This document shows positions 48,213 to 58,872 of a stretch of DNA of 64,000 nt, piece by piece. The notes below the pieces were generated by a model. It had not been told where the DNA came from. It made no database searches and saw only the letters and a list, made by a program, of their open reading frames with translations. Source of the DNA: a virus; IMG/VR virus record IMGVR_UViG_3300024999_000075, positions 1-64,000 of that record. One strand, written 5' to 3'. How positions within the stretch are numbered: the first letter of the stretch is position 1; every line of letters begins with the position of its first letter. The translations under genes and the position numbers were made by a program.

Positions 48213-50326
48213 ATCTCCACCACCTGGTCTGCTGCCATCTCCGACTGACTCTCATGAGTCACAATAAACTTCTGACCTCTTATAGTTTGAATTGCTGCCA
48301 GTGCTGCCGCTGTTCTCTCCTCGTCCATGTCCCCGAACGGTTCGTCAAAAATCATAAATCCAGCAGTTGGAGCAAAAATATCTCTGACTGCTGCCCTCAG
48401 GGAGATCCCAAGGATAGATTTGGCCGAGCCTGAAAGCCGAGAAGTGGGACGGGCATCTACAGTAAAACCTTTCTCTGACTTCTCCACTACAGAATCTTCT
48501 CCTCTCATCTCGGAGAAGGACTGTTGAGTGTAATCTAGGACTTTGTTCCAGACTTGATTTAGAACAAGTGGTTTAGCATCCCTGACAGATTTTATGATTT
48601 TACTATTCCTGTCCTCAGTCTTCAAGGACTCACCTATATTGAGAATGGTCTTCGCCACTCTGGTCAGGTTGTTTTTATTGGTCTCTATCTTAGCCTTGGC
48701 TAACACTATCTCCTTCTCCTTATTAGTCAGCTGAGTATTAAGCTCAGTTTGAGTCTGGACTAACTTAGTTAGCTCACACTCATTGTCAAAGATCTCCTTC
48801 CGCTTGACTGAGGTATCTACTTCCTGACCAGCATCGGTCAGTTCTAATTCCTTCTCAGTCAGCTCGACCCTCAGCCGCTCTAGGGCTGATGTCTTCTCCT
48901 TTATAGTAGCATCACATGAAGCCAGTTTCAAGAGCGACTGTTGATAATTATTTATAATTTCTTTAGCCGAGGTAAGTTCTTGTTGACTGGGTTCTTGTGT
49001 TGGTTCTCCTGAGAGGCTGTAATGATGAGGAATATTATCACAGTCTGCTAAGATGAAATCTCCGTGTTGTTTTACTTCTCCCTCTAGTTTTTGGTGGGTT
49101 GTCAAGATCTGATCCAAGGTGATCTTCTCTTCCTCATCTTGTTGTAAGGTAATCTTGTAGCTCCTGATCTTACTCTCCAGAATATCTACATCTTCAGCGA
49201 TCTTCTTGTTGATTGCCTCAACCTTGTCCTTCACATCTGTACCACACTTGGTACATACTGTATCCACCTGGATACCTTTCTTTAGGGATTTTATCTCACC
49301 CTCAGCACTGGCAACCTCAGCCCTGACTCTCGTTATGTTCTTGTTTAAATCAGCAATAGTCTTAACCAGCGCCTCCTCAGACTCATCCCAGAAGTTTTCT
49401 GAAGGCTTGATACTGCTGACCCATTGGTGTGCTTTGAAAGCTTTTTCTCTTTCAGGGAAACCTTCTACCAGTGCCTGGGCTTCTTCTATGGTTGCTGTGT
49501 TGAAGACTGGAATCTTCTCCAACTCTTGCTGTGCTGAGGTTAATGCAGATTCTGCATATTGAATCTCTGACTTCTTGGTTGTCACAGCCTTGGCAATGTT
49601 GGTGATGCTTTGATTCACCAACTCAATTGTTTTTAGTTTTTCTTCGAGAATTTTGATGGCGTTGCGCTTTCCGGCAACTACTATTTCTTGAGCTGTGATG
49701 AGATTGATGTCCTCAAGCTTTTCTTCTTCAAGCTTCTTAACATCTGGTAATTCTTCTTGCTGGTATTGGAGCTGTTCAGCTTCAGCAGTTTCCAGCTGAC
49801 CTTTGAGAGCCTTCTCATTGCCAGTTGGGTAGACTTCTTTGATCTTGTCGAGAAGTTGATCTATTTGGTTAAAACCAGCAATATCTTCAATGAATTTAGT
49901 TACTTCCGCACTACCTTTACTGATCACGCCAGCGGTGTCACCTTGAGTTGAAACAAGTACCAGCTTTTCAGTATTTTTGTAAACTCCAAAAAGCTTATAG
50001 AAAAAATCACTGACCTCAGCTTGCCCAGAGATAGGCTTCATACCACCACCTGATACAGAAGCAGATGTCTTACTCCTCGTTACTGTGTAAGGTCCATATT
50101 TCACAATAACTTTCAGTGAGTTTACTGGCTCACCATCAGTAACAACGTGAGTTATTGGGCAGTCTAACGTACTGGAGCCAAAGAAGCAGTACAAAGGACA
50201 TTGAATGAGGGCGGTAGATTTACCGGCTTCGTTCAAACCCCTCGTGACTATGAGTCCGTCCACGAAGTCAAGCTTCTTATATTTGATCTTACCAAAGTTG
50301 AAAATTTCTAACGATTCTATATACAC
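48209..50326 (-). CDS. SbcC/Rad50-like ATPase
   Basis: GLNEAGKST, coiled coil with CTKC hook, LSGS signature, IFDEP. Confidence 0.92.
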   Translation of the reverse strand: MYIESLEIFNFGKIKYKKLDFVDGLIVTRGLNEAGKSTALIQCPLYCFFGSSTLDCPITHVVTDGEPVNSLKVIVKYGPYTVTRSKTSASVSGGGMKPISGQAEVSDFFYKLFGVYKNTEKLVLVSTQGDTAGVISKGSAEVTKFIEDIAGFNQIDQLLDKIKEVYPTGNEKALKGQLETAEAEQLQYQQEELPDVKKLEEEKLEDINLITAQEIVVAGKRNAIKILEEKLKTIELVNQSITNIAKAVTTKKSEIQYAESALTSAQQELEKIPVFNTATIEEAQALVEGFPEREKAFKAHQWVSSIKPSENFWDESEEALVKTIADLNKNITRVRAEVASAEGEIKSLKKGIQVDTVCTKCGTDVKDKVEAINKKIAEDVDILESKIRSYKITLQQDEEEKITLDQILTTHQKLEGEVKQHGDFILADCDNIPHHYSLSGEPTQEPSQQELTSAKEIINNYQQSLLKLASCDATIKEKTSALERLRVELTEKELELTDAGQEVDTSVKRKEIFDNECELTKLVQTQTELNTQLTNKEKEIVLAKAKIETNKNNLTRVAKTILNIGESLKTEDRNSKIIKSVRDAKPLVLNQVWNKVLDYTQQSFSEMRGEDSVVEKSEKGFTVDARPTSRLSGSAKSILGISLRAAVRDIFAPTAGFMIFDEPFGDMDEERTAAALAAIQTIRGQKFIVTHESQSEMAADQVVEI

Positions 50327-51297
50327 AATTTTACCTCCTCACGAAATTCTTCCAGTACATTTTCTAGGAGTAACCCCAGAATATTGAAGCCAGTAACCTC
50401 TTCCTTGTCTATCACCTCTCTTTCTTTTACTGTGACTTTGACAGCATTTGTGATAACAAAAGCACTACTGGTCTTCCGTAGTTGCGCAATAGAGCGAACA
50501 ACCGCAGGATATTCAACAACTTCGCAGTCTCCCACGACCCTAATAAAATGGTGGTCTATACTCTTAATCTCCGACCAGTGCATTTCAACGTAATCTCTTT
50601 CCACATTCCAAGTTTCTATGGACTCGAAAGTTTTGGCTTCTGAATCGTAGACCAAGCATTGCTTGGAACCAGATAAGCAGTCAGCAACTGAGGTTGGCCA
50701 ATGACAACCAACTATGTGTAGCTGTTCCAAATCTCTCTTTCCGTGCTCGTGGCCCAGCACTAGCTCAATTCCTCTGGCCTTCAGCTTCTGATACTGGTCT
50801 GTACTAAGATTCAATGAATGGTCAGCATGTTCAGCAAATGAGTTTGCAAAATTGCAATGCATGAAGCAAACTACGTTGTCTGGAATCTCTTCTACGTACT
50901 TATTGAATTGCTCCTGATCAAATACATGTGGGAGGAAATACATCCCTTGAATTAACTCTGGAACATGGAAAACCAAATATGTATGTGGTAGCAAAGCACC
51001 AACCAATTCTAGACTTGAGATCTCACCTGGCTTGTGGCTTAGACTATCATGATTACCTCTTAAGATTATAGCGTTCTCTTGCCGTAGTGCCAGATAAGAA
51101 TTGAGGATTGCCTTGTCACCAGCTGAGTATCTGGCGAAGAAGTCTCCTACAATTATCAAGCAGTCATGAGGAACTGTCTCTATCGTGTGTCTAAGTCTAT
51201 CGAAAAGGTGGTCGTCTAAAGCAATACGGGATTGGTTTGTTGTCCCTCCGACCCTTTCAGGTGCTATGTGTGTGTCACTAAGTATTAGGTATCTCAT
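50317..51297 (-). CDS. SbcD/Mre11-like nuclease
   Basis: SDTH, GDFF, GNHD, GHEH. Confidence 0.9.
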   Translation of the reverse strand: MRYLILSDTHIAPERVGGTTNQSRIALDDHLFDRLRHTIETVPHDCLIIVGDFFARYSAGDKAILNSYLALRQENAIILRGNHDSLSHKPGEISSLELVGALLPHTYLVFHVPELIQGMYFLPHVFDQEQFNKYVEEIPDNVVCFMHCNFANSFAEHADHSLNLSTDQYQKLKARGIELVLGHEHGKRDLEQLHIVGCHWPTSVADCLSGSKQCLVYDSEAKTFESIETWNVERDYVEMHWSEIKSIDHHFIRVVGDCEVVEYPAVVRSIAQLRKTSSAFVITNAVKVTVKEREVIDKEEVTGFNILGLLLENVLEEFREEVKLCI

Positions 51298-52159
51298 TCA
51301 TTCCTCCACTCCTGAATTTGATGTGGTAAATTGTTGTCTATTATAAATTGGTTTCTAGTCTCAAGAGCTAGTTCTTTACTATGAAATCTACCAAGATATA
51401 TTAACCTCTTCTTTTTTAAGGCAGCATAACCGATATAAGAAACCCACATCCCATCTAACTTACTATAGGATACTCCAGTATACCCAGAGGTATTACTCTT
51501 CATCCTCCCTCTGTTAATAACATTTAGAGAGTGATTGGTAAACCAACAGTTTTCAGGACAGTAGTTGCCATCATTATCCTTCCTGTCTATTTCTAGGTGG
51601 TCTTCATATCCGTTAGCCTCGGCCCAGTTATCGAATGCCTCGAAAGAAGACCTCCATTCATCACAGACAGCGATTCCTCTTCCTCCATACCTGTCGAAAC
51701 GGGTGTTATTACTATCAGTACATCTCTGTATAATATTACGCCACATTGTGTATATCCTCTCGTAACACTTATTGTGGGAGAGTTTTAGCATACCAGTGAC
51801 CTCTTTACGCAAACAGCCACATGACTTAGAATCACCGGATTTTAAGCCTGACATGTAAACTTCAACTTCGTTACCGCAGTCACATCTACACAGCCATGTA
51901 ATGTGCTTTTTAATGGTCTTAGCACGGCGCAATACCACCAATCTGCCAAACCTCTGCCTGCCCAAATCTACAAACTTATTAGTGCTGGCACACCCACATG
52001 ATTTTGTATGACCTCTCCGCAAACCTCCAGTTGTAGCCAAGGAAGTTTCCCACAGTCGCATTTACACAGCCACTGAACTTTCTCTCCTCTATTCTCTACT
52101 TTACTTACCACTGTCAACTTACCGAACTTTTGACCCACAAGATCTATTAACTTCACCAC
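51294..52159 (-). pseudogene. Homing endonuclease (HNH/AP2-type) split by a 1-nt frameshift near 52046
   Basis: WLCKCDCGK in one frame continues as TSLATTGGLRRGHTKSCGC in the other; RYGGRGI, IDRKDNDGNYCPENC, NTSGYTGVS. Confidence 0.75.
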
Positions 52160-52340
52160 CCACCTCCCGTTCCAATGCCTCTCTTATCACTACATCTAAA
52201 ATTTCAACCATCCGCTTACCGCTGTAAGCCGACAACAGCCTCAAATTTAGAAGAGTGCATTTCCAAAGCTTGATTGTAGTCAAGTCTCTGTTGGTTGTAG
52301 TGTTACAACTTTTATCAGAAAAGTCCAGTGAATTCTTCAT
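52119..52340 (-). CDS. Ribbon-helix-helix-like protein
   Basis: TTIKLWKCTLLNLRLLSAYSGKRMVEILDVVIREAL. Confidence 0.55.
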   Translation of the reverse strand: MKNSLDFSDKSCNTTTNRDLTTIKLWKCTLLNLRLLSAYSGKRMVEILDVVIREALEREVGGEVNRSCGSKVR

Positions 52341-52507
52341 TCATCCTCCAGTTCAAAGATAACATATTTCTTATAACTCTCTCTATCCCAACGCTCTGGC
52401 TCACTATACTTCACCATCTGGTAGCCAGTAGCATCCCTCAAATTACCATCTTCATCACGCTCTTTAACTTCTAGCCAAATTATTTTCCCTTTCATTTACC
52501 TTCCTCC

Positions 52508-52786
52508 TCAATAAGCTATTGATACTCTTTCAAAGACATGGAATACCAAACTACCACCATGCAATTGTACAGTGTCAATGAATACTAACCTCCCTCCAGG
52601 CTCATTGATTTCATGTCCTGTACCAGCAATTACAATGGTCCTCCCTTCACAATCTCTGGTTGGATCTACTTTTGCCCATATCCTTATCCTACCATGTTGA
52701 ACCTGTGCTGATAATATTTCAGCGGCAAACGGCATACTTACGGTTTGTACATCAGTGGCTTCTAACTCATACTTAAATATTTTCAT
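52508..52786 (-). CDS. Conserved phage hypothetical protein
   Basis: IFKYEL...MP...ILS...WAKVD...GTGH...FIDTVQ...LVFHVFE. Confidence 0.75.
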   Translation of the reverse strand: MKIFKYELEATDVQTVSMPFAAEILSAQVQHGRIRIWAKVDPTRDCEGRTIVIAGTGHEINEPGGRLVFIDTVQLHGGSLVFHVFERVSIAY

Positions 52787-53224
52787 TCACCTTCCTCCTC
52801 AATTCCTTAACCTCACATAGAAGATCAAAATACATCTCTCTGAACTCCTCCATAGTTATAATCCCTCTACCTGAACCGCACTCTTCACAGCCCATATGGA
52901 CAGATCCACCTTGCTGGATTGGTATCGGTGGCTCACCTGTATTACACCAAAGGCATGTATCAATCACTCTTCGCCCTCCCCAACTATATCTTTCCGCCAA
53001 TCAATTCTACGGTCAGATAAGACACCTGCTTGCTTCTCTAGTGCTGCTAAACGTTTCTTGGCCGCCGTTGCTAGTTTGTTAACATCTGCTCTACATAATC
53101 CCATAATTCCACATATGTTTCCCAATTGTGAAAAATGGCCTTCTTCGTCAGTAAAGAGACTCAATTCATCACGGAGGAAGTCACGCAGCATTCCGCTGAT
53201 TATTGTATCATGTACTCTTCCCAT
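52773..53224 (-). CDS. Two short hypothetical ORFs (52773-53000 zinc-ribbon-like; 52964-53224)
   Basis: CLWC/CEEC motifs; overlapping co-oriented ORFs. Confidence 0.6.
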
Positions 53225-53225
53225 T

Positions 53226-53642
53226 TTATTTCCACCCTATAATACTCAGTGCTTCTTTAATACTCCCCGCCTTCTTCCCAACCCCGTCCAACACCCAAGA
53301 GGGTTTACTCGGATCTAAGTTGTCCACATCAACCACTATCAACTCCTCACCAAGTTCCCAAAAATGGACCAGTACATAACCCCTGACACCAGAATCAGAC
53401 CACCTCTTCATGTCAGGAAGTTGTGAAAACTTCTTTAATCTAAATGTCTTGCCCTTCTGACTCTTACACTCAAAATGGCTTGGTTCCTCATTTATACACA
53501 AGAAAAAATCTGAAGGCTGGGCAGGCATATAGGTGAGAGCAGCTTTACCATCATGAAGTCGCCGCCAATGGCGACTTGTCTCAGTATTCTTCTTTAATTC
53601 GTCTTCTACGGCTTTTTCTAGGTAGTGCCCTGTATTCCTCAT
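53226..53642 (-). CDS. Holliday junction resolvase-like PD-(D/E)xK nuclease (RecU-like)
   Basis: GHYLE, QPSDF, FECKS. Confidence 0.75.
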   Translation of the reverse strand: MRNTGHYLEKAVEDELKKNTETSRHWRRLHDGKAALTYMPAQPSDFFLCINEEPSHFECKSQKGKTFRLKKFSQLPDMKRWSDSGVRGYVLVHFWELGEELIVVDVDNLDPSKPSWVLDGVGKKAGSIKEALSIIGWK

Positions 53643-53651
53643 GATCCCGCC

Positions 53652-53945
53652 TCACCGAATATTTTGAGTTCCAATCAGCTTAGCCGGAACACCTGTCAAC
53701 CGATAGAACTCCGCAGCTTTCTCCCACACGTCAGTCAACCACTTTCCACTCATATCACTGACCAGAACATCCTCAACTTTAAAACCAACAATATTGTCTT
53801 CTATGTCAGCATCGTAGTACATGAACATTCTATCCAAGCCCATCTCTTCAATCCACTCATACAACTCACCACTAAAATCTCTGGGCTTTTCAATCTTACT
53901 TCCGAGTTCCCCAACTATCATTCCACCATCGTAATTAATCCCCAT
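53652..53945 (-). CDS. Hypothetical protein
   Basis: Start MGINYD behind GGAGG. Confidence 0.65.
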   Translation of the reverse strand: MGINYDGGMIVGELGSKIEKPRDFSGELYEWIEEMGLDRMFMYYDADIEDNIVGFKVEDVLVSDMSGKWLTDVWEKAAEFYRLTGVPAKLIGTQNIR

Positions 53946-54207
53946 CTTTCGCCCTCCATTTCCCTTTAAGATTCTTACTGACTGTGACCACTGTATCTCC
54001 AACCAAAACACAAACAAGATCACCTGACTGGAAATATTTTGCCTCCTTCATCCTGTTATATAACAGTGAGGCAACCTTATTAACTGGCTGTACCTCTCTC
54101 CCAAAAGTCAGCATATTCAAAATCTTCTCCTTAACCACCTCCTCAGGTTTATCAGTCATTCTCCTCTGCTTAAATCTCATTATCGCATGTTTAGTCACCT
54201 CAATCAC
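53935..54207 (-). CDS. Hypothetical protein, DUF4258/RelE-like pattern
   Basis: VTKHAIMRFKQR...VLVGDTVVTV. Confidence 0.55.
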   Translation of the reverse strand: MIEVTKHAIMRFKQRRMTDKPEEVVKEKILNMLTFGREVQPVNKVASLLYNRMKEAKYFQSGDLVCVLVGDTVVTVSKNLKGKWRAKDGD

Positions 54208-55148
54208 ACCAAAACCTCCTCATGATAAAAATCATTTATGAATTGTTGAATACAACTCTGTCTCGCAAATACTGCTGTATGCCCTGCACCTTCAAATATT
54301 GTGAAGTCTCCAGAGGATACCTTATCCAAGATCCCTCTAGCCTGTTCTGGATGGGTTATCTCGTCATCCCCGCCAGCATACACAGCCACATGACAAGTGA
54401 TGTTTTCTAGTTTGGGAATGATACCACCACCAAGATCCCAAGTCCCTTCATATAACTCGTTCCCTATGAAATGATGTTCCATTCCTTGAAGGAACCAGCA
54501 GCCATGAAGATCCACATAAAAATTATACCAATCATCATCCCTATCCAACTTAGCTAGAGCCTTCTTATCATCCTGAAGAATATACAGGAATCGGTTGTAA
54601 TGTCTAGTGTGGAAGACTGGGATTGGATTGGCTAGAGCAAAAGCCAGCCACTGCATGAACCCTGGTTGAATCCCACCATAGAACCCTACCACCCATTTAT
54701 GATAAGCAATTGAAGCCACCTTACAGTAATCCTCAATAGCATTATCCATACCAGTTTTGAGGTCTATTGGGGAGGCAAAGAGAGCCAGTCTGCTGACCGA
54801 CTCAGGATACAGGGAGGTGTAGATTGCTGACAACCAACCACCCTGACAGATCCCAACTATATCAATACTCTCCTCCCCAATCATCTCCACACACTTCCTC
54901 AGTTTCTGAACCAGCCCCAAGACTGACAAGCCTCCAGTCTTGGTAGTGGCTGGCAGAAGCTCATACCAGTAGACTCTCAAACCCTCAGCAGCCAGAGAGT
55001 CAATCATTCTCTGAGCTACATTGCCATGCCTGCCAGCATGAGGCGGGACTACAAAGACTGCCTTCCCCGACCCTTGACAGGTGTGTTTGTGAAGCTTGAT
55101 ACAATCATCTTGATACAGTACCACATTGTTCTTGAATTCTTGTTTCAT
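54204..55148 (-). CDS. Alpha/beta hydrolase of PHA synthase/depolymerase type
   Basis: VVPPHAG, GICQGG (Cys nucleophile), ASPID, GGDDEIT, GAGHTAVF. Confidence 0.78.
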   Translation of the reverse strand: MKQEFKNNVVLYQDDCIKLHKHTCQGSGKAVFVVPPHAGRHGNVAQRMIDSLAAEGLRVYWYELLPATTKTGGLSVLGLVQKLRKCVEMIGEESIDIVGICQGGWLSAIYTSLYPESVSRLALFASPIDLKTGMDNAIEDYCKVASIAYHKWVVGFYGGIQPGFMQWLAFALANPIPVFHTRHYNRFLYILQDDKKALAKLDRDDDWYNFYVDLHGCWFLQGMEHHFIGNELYEGTWDLGGGIIPKLENITCHVAVYAGGDDEITHPEQARGILDKVSSGDFTIFEGAGHTAVFARQSCIQQFINDFYHEEVLV

Positions 55149-55204
55149 TGGCTACCCCCTAGTTAAGGTTAAACATAAACCATAATAGTCTAGGAGCAGA
55201 TAAA

Positions 55205-58200
55205 TTACAACTGTGCTAGCACTTGGTTGATTTTTTCTTCATCTACTGTATTGCCTATCTCTTTTAACTCACCGAAACTCCTACCAATCTTGATCACCGA
55301 CTCAAACTCCAGTGGGAAGCCAGCGTAGTTAGCAATCATGATTGGATGAGCCACCTTGAGGAACGGGATAACATCACCCCTATGGACACTAAAGTTCATC
55401 TCATCGTACACAGGAAAGAGGAAGTAGGCTCTGAATGTTTCCAGGACTCTCTGCTGCCAGATCTTAGCCATAGCTATCTTGGTCTGGGTAGCGGCTCCAC
55501 CTTGGATGATGTGGTTAATAGCACCTCTTAACTCATGCTTGTCTTTCCAGGTTCCGTCCAGCCGGAGATGCCGCCTTCGTCCCATTGGCTCAACAGCATA
55601 ACCTCTCTCCTCATGGAGAGCTGTCATATCGTCCTGCCACTTCCTGACCCCAGGAAAGATAAGAGTCTTAGCGTCCAGCAAGGCTTGAGCTTCTTCCTTG
55701 GTGATCATCAGATCAACTGCCAAGGTGATAGCCGTACCAAGATATAAATCCAAGAAGTTTACTGGCTTGGCTTTGGTTCTTGCATCCTTGATCTTCTTCC
55801 GTAAAGGATGGTCATCATCCTTCAGAATAGTCATGAAGGTATCATAATCAATCAACTGATCACTCTCAGGACCATACTGAGCCTTGATACCATAGTTGTA
55901 AACCTCCACCCCTGTCATGGAATGGATGTCCTTTCTGATTTCTCCTCTGAAGCAGGACAGCATCGCTTCATCCCCGGACTGTACGGCAGTATGAACCAAC
56001 TCCTGGCCGGTGAAGTCCATCGACACCCATACATGATTTTCTTCCAGCGGGACATAAACCTCCCGTACTCTACTAATCTTTGAGACCTGGGAGAAGTTGG
56101 GCTTATTCGATGCTGGCCTACCGGATTTGGTTAACGCCTGCCCACCGTTCGGGTGAACATAACCATCAGAGTAGTGGGGCATGTTCTGATAAGGAGCGTA
56201 GAACAAACTGTCCTCTGTACGGCAGCTGGTAGCCTTGACCACATGAAGTAAGAGATCCTTCTCAAAATTATCTCTGGCATCATAGGCAATAGCATGTTTG
56301 AAGGCATCGTCATTGGCTGATGGATTCCCTTCAGTCTTCCCCTCAGCTCTCATTTTATCAGAGAGCTTACCTCTGATCCTGATAGGATAACTCAAGGCAT
56401 CATACAGCAGTTCACACTTCTGTTTCGGGGATTTGAGGTTGATCTCAGCCTTAGGACTGAAGCTATATTCAGCTAAGGTATTCATGGAGACAAGACCAGA
56501 CTCTACAGCATCAGCAAACTCAACTTCACCCTCTTCTCTGATCTTCTCTACAATCTTTTCAATCTTCCGTACTGAAGTCTTCAGCTCTCTACCGGTATAG
56601 ATCAGGAAGAGTCGCTTGATCTCAGCTGGTGACAGCTCAGTAGCTGGGACGAACTTGGCTCCTGACCAGTAGTGATGGTGAGTGATATATTCAGGGGGGA
56701 GTTTAGCCAGATCTTTGATCTGCATTATATTCTCAGGAGTTATCCGGGGAATCTCCCGTACTATCTCCTCGGTCGTGGTCCACTCCATCCCTTCTAATGC
56801 CAGTTCAATGCAGTCAATGGTTTCATCATAGATCTTCTGGTTCTCTTCCTGGAGCATCTTACATTTCTCCAAGTCAAACTTCACTCCAGTAAGGAAACTC
56901 TCAGCGTACAGAAACTGAGAAGCAAGGTCTGCTTTCTCATAAGCATTCCAACTGCCCTCATATTTGGTTAAGAGTTCAGCGTAGCGGAAAAGAGCCACGC
57001 TGCACACGGAATCATCACATCCGTAGTTCAACACCTCTTGGCCGGTCAACTCGTTCATCTGAACGTTGGCTGATTCCTCTTCAAATTTAATTACTTCGTC
57101 ATCATTGTCATCACTGAATTCAAAGGCTGGTTTCTCAGTCACTTCACCAAATGTCACCTGTTTGTAACCCATCAGGATCTCACTCCAATGCTTGAGTGAG
57201 GCTGACTCGTATTCGTCACAATACCCCGCCAAGATCCTTGTATCGTAGGTGGTTGGGGGTAAGTATCCTCGGTCGAACTTAAGGATGAAGTGATTTCGTA
57301 ACACAGATAATTCGTAGGAAGTATTGTGTACGATGACCGGAACCTCCTCCGGCAGCAGGTTGAGAATCTCTTCAGCCTGCTGGAGAGTTATGTTGTCCGT
57401 GTCCTTGTGAGCTACGGAGAAGTAATAGTTCTTGTGGTTATTACTGCCGGTACAAAGGGAGAAACCAGCCAGGATTGCTCCCATGATATCAATGGGTGGC
57501 TTCTTGGCGGTCTTACTCTTGTTGGCTAAGGCCCAGGCTTTACCTTCTTCGGTAATGTAGGTTTCAATATCTAGGCCATTAAGTTTGGCTTGCCTAAATT
57601 CTATACTGAGTTTCTTCAGGAAATCTGGAGTGAGTTTGTCTTTGGTGATCAACTCCTTGGTAGACTCCCATTGTGTTAGGCTGCCATCCCCTGAGGGGTA
57701 GAGCATTCTGTATTCCAGATTATGGAATCCAGGATGATAGGGCTTAGCACATTTGTAGCTGTTGTAGACCTGCTCCTTACTGTCAAGGATCTTCTGAAAT
57801 GGTTTGAAGTCTTGGGCGTGAGCCTCCAATTCGTCTAAGGTCTCTTCCTCCAGCATAGCCTTAAGGTCGTCCAGTGACTCATCGCCATACTTTGATAAAA
57901 GATCTATGAAGCCTTGAGGCCCGACCCCGGCTGCACCTGGAATTTTATCCCCCGAGTCACCTACCAAACTCTTGTAGACAACAATATGTTCTTTCTTAAT
58001 CCCGCAGAAGTGGTCCTTGTTCAACTCTCCGTCAAAAAACACATCACCATGAGCCAACATGTCTCCATCACCCGACCAGATAACACAATCAAGTGACTTC
58101 GCAAAAAATGCAATAATATCATCAGCTTCCACACCCTCCTTTTGGACACTGATGGCTCCATACTTCAGAAGAGTGGTTTCAAACATATCCACCAGAGCTG

Positions 58201-58498
58201 TGTACTCTTCATAAAACTCTGGGGGACCAGCCGGGCGCTTGCTGTACTCCGGTAGGAACTGTCTTCGGAATTGCTTACAATTCTTTCCGTCTTTAACTAA
58301 TATTATCTGCGAGGGGGTCATATTCAAAGTAGTGAGAGTCCTCTCCAGGCTAGATAACGCAATCTGATACGCTTCTTTATGACACCCTACTTTCACTTGT
58401 TTCTCGTTGAAGGTTACTAATTTTACTGAATCTTTGCTGGCTGCGGCGTGCAACATCATCTTTAAGATGTGTGAGCAATCTACTAAAAGTCTCTTCAT
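55205..58498 (-). CDS. polA: Family A DNA polymerase with 5'-3' and 3'-5' exonuclease domains
   Basis: EADDII, LVGDSGDKIPG, DIET, YGCDD, MDFTGQEL, KAKPVNF, IQGGAA, VYDE. Confidence 0.93.
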   Translation of the reverse strand: MKRLLVDCSHILKMMLHAAASKDSVKLVTFNEKQVKVGCHKEAYQIALSSLERTLTTLNMTPSQIILVKDGKNCKQFRRQFLPEYSKRPAGPPEFYEEYTALVDMFETTLLKYGAISVQKEGVEADDIIAFFAKSLDCVIWSGDGDMLAHGDVFFDGELNKDHFCGIKKEHIVVYKSLVGDSGDKIPGAAGVGPQGFIDLLSKYGDESLDDLKAMLEEETLDELEAHAQDFKPFQKILDSKEQVYNSYKCAKPYHPGFHNLEYRMLYPSGDGSLTQWESTKELITKDKLTPDFLKKLSIEFRQAKLNGLDIETYITEEGKAWALANKSKTAKKPPIDIMGAILAGFSLCTGSNNHKNYYFSVAHKDTDNITLQQAEEILNLLPEEVPVIVHNTSYELSVLRNHFILKFDRGYLPPTTYDTRILAGYCDEYESASLKHWSEILMGYKQVTFGEVTEKPAFEFSDDNDDEVIKFEEESANVQMNELTGQEVLNYGCDDSVCSVALFRYAELLTKYEGSWNAYEKADLASQFLYAESFLTGVKFDLEKCKMLQEENQKIYDETIDCIELALEGMEWTTTEEIVREIPRITPENIMQIKDLAKLPPEYITHHHYWSGAKFVPATELSPAEIKRLFLIYTGRELKTSVRKIEKIVEKIREEGEVEFADAVESGLVSMNTLAEYSFSPKAEINLKSPKQKCELLYDALSYPIRIRGKLSDKMRAEGKTEGNPSANDDAFKHAIAYDARDNFEKDLLLHVVKATSCRTEDSLFYAPYQNMPHYSDGYVHPNGGQALTKSGRPASNKPNFSQVSKISRVREVYVPLEENHVWVSMDFTGQELVHTAVQSGDEAMLSCFRGEIRKDIHSMTGVEVYNYGIKAQYGPESDQLIDYDTFMTILKDDDHPLRKKIKDARTKAKPVNFLDLYLGTAITLAVDLMITKEEAQALLDAKTLIFPGVRKWQDDMTALHEERGYAVEPMGRRRHLRLDGTWKDKHELRGAINHIIQGGAATQTKIAMAKIWQQRVLETFRAYFLFPVYDEMNFSVHRGDVIPFLKVAHPIMIANYAGFPLEFESVIKIGRSFGELKEIGNTVDEEKINQVLAQL

Positions 58499-58872
58499 AT
58501 CTTCTCCCCATGTATATCAAGTAAAAAACTCAAAATCTCTTCCTTCTCATCCTCATGTAGCTCATAGACCCGAGCCACTTGATCCACAGCCATTATGATA
58601 CCCATACCTCTATCAATTAGTTCCTCAGCGCCCCATCTGGCGTTCTCCATGTTTATTATTCTTTTCATCTTTCTTTTCCTCCCTCAGGTAATGGGCACCA
58701 ATCCGGTATATTCCTGCTATTACTCCAATTGGACGCAGTTGATTGAAATACCCATTTTAATTTAACACTGTGGCAATACGCATAAGCTCCCATTCTTTAT
58801 CTCCTTCAAATTAAAATAGCTCAGAAAGTTCTGAGAACCTCTGAGCTATCTATATTATACTTTCTACTCCAG

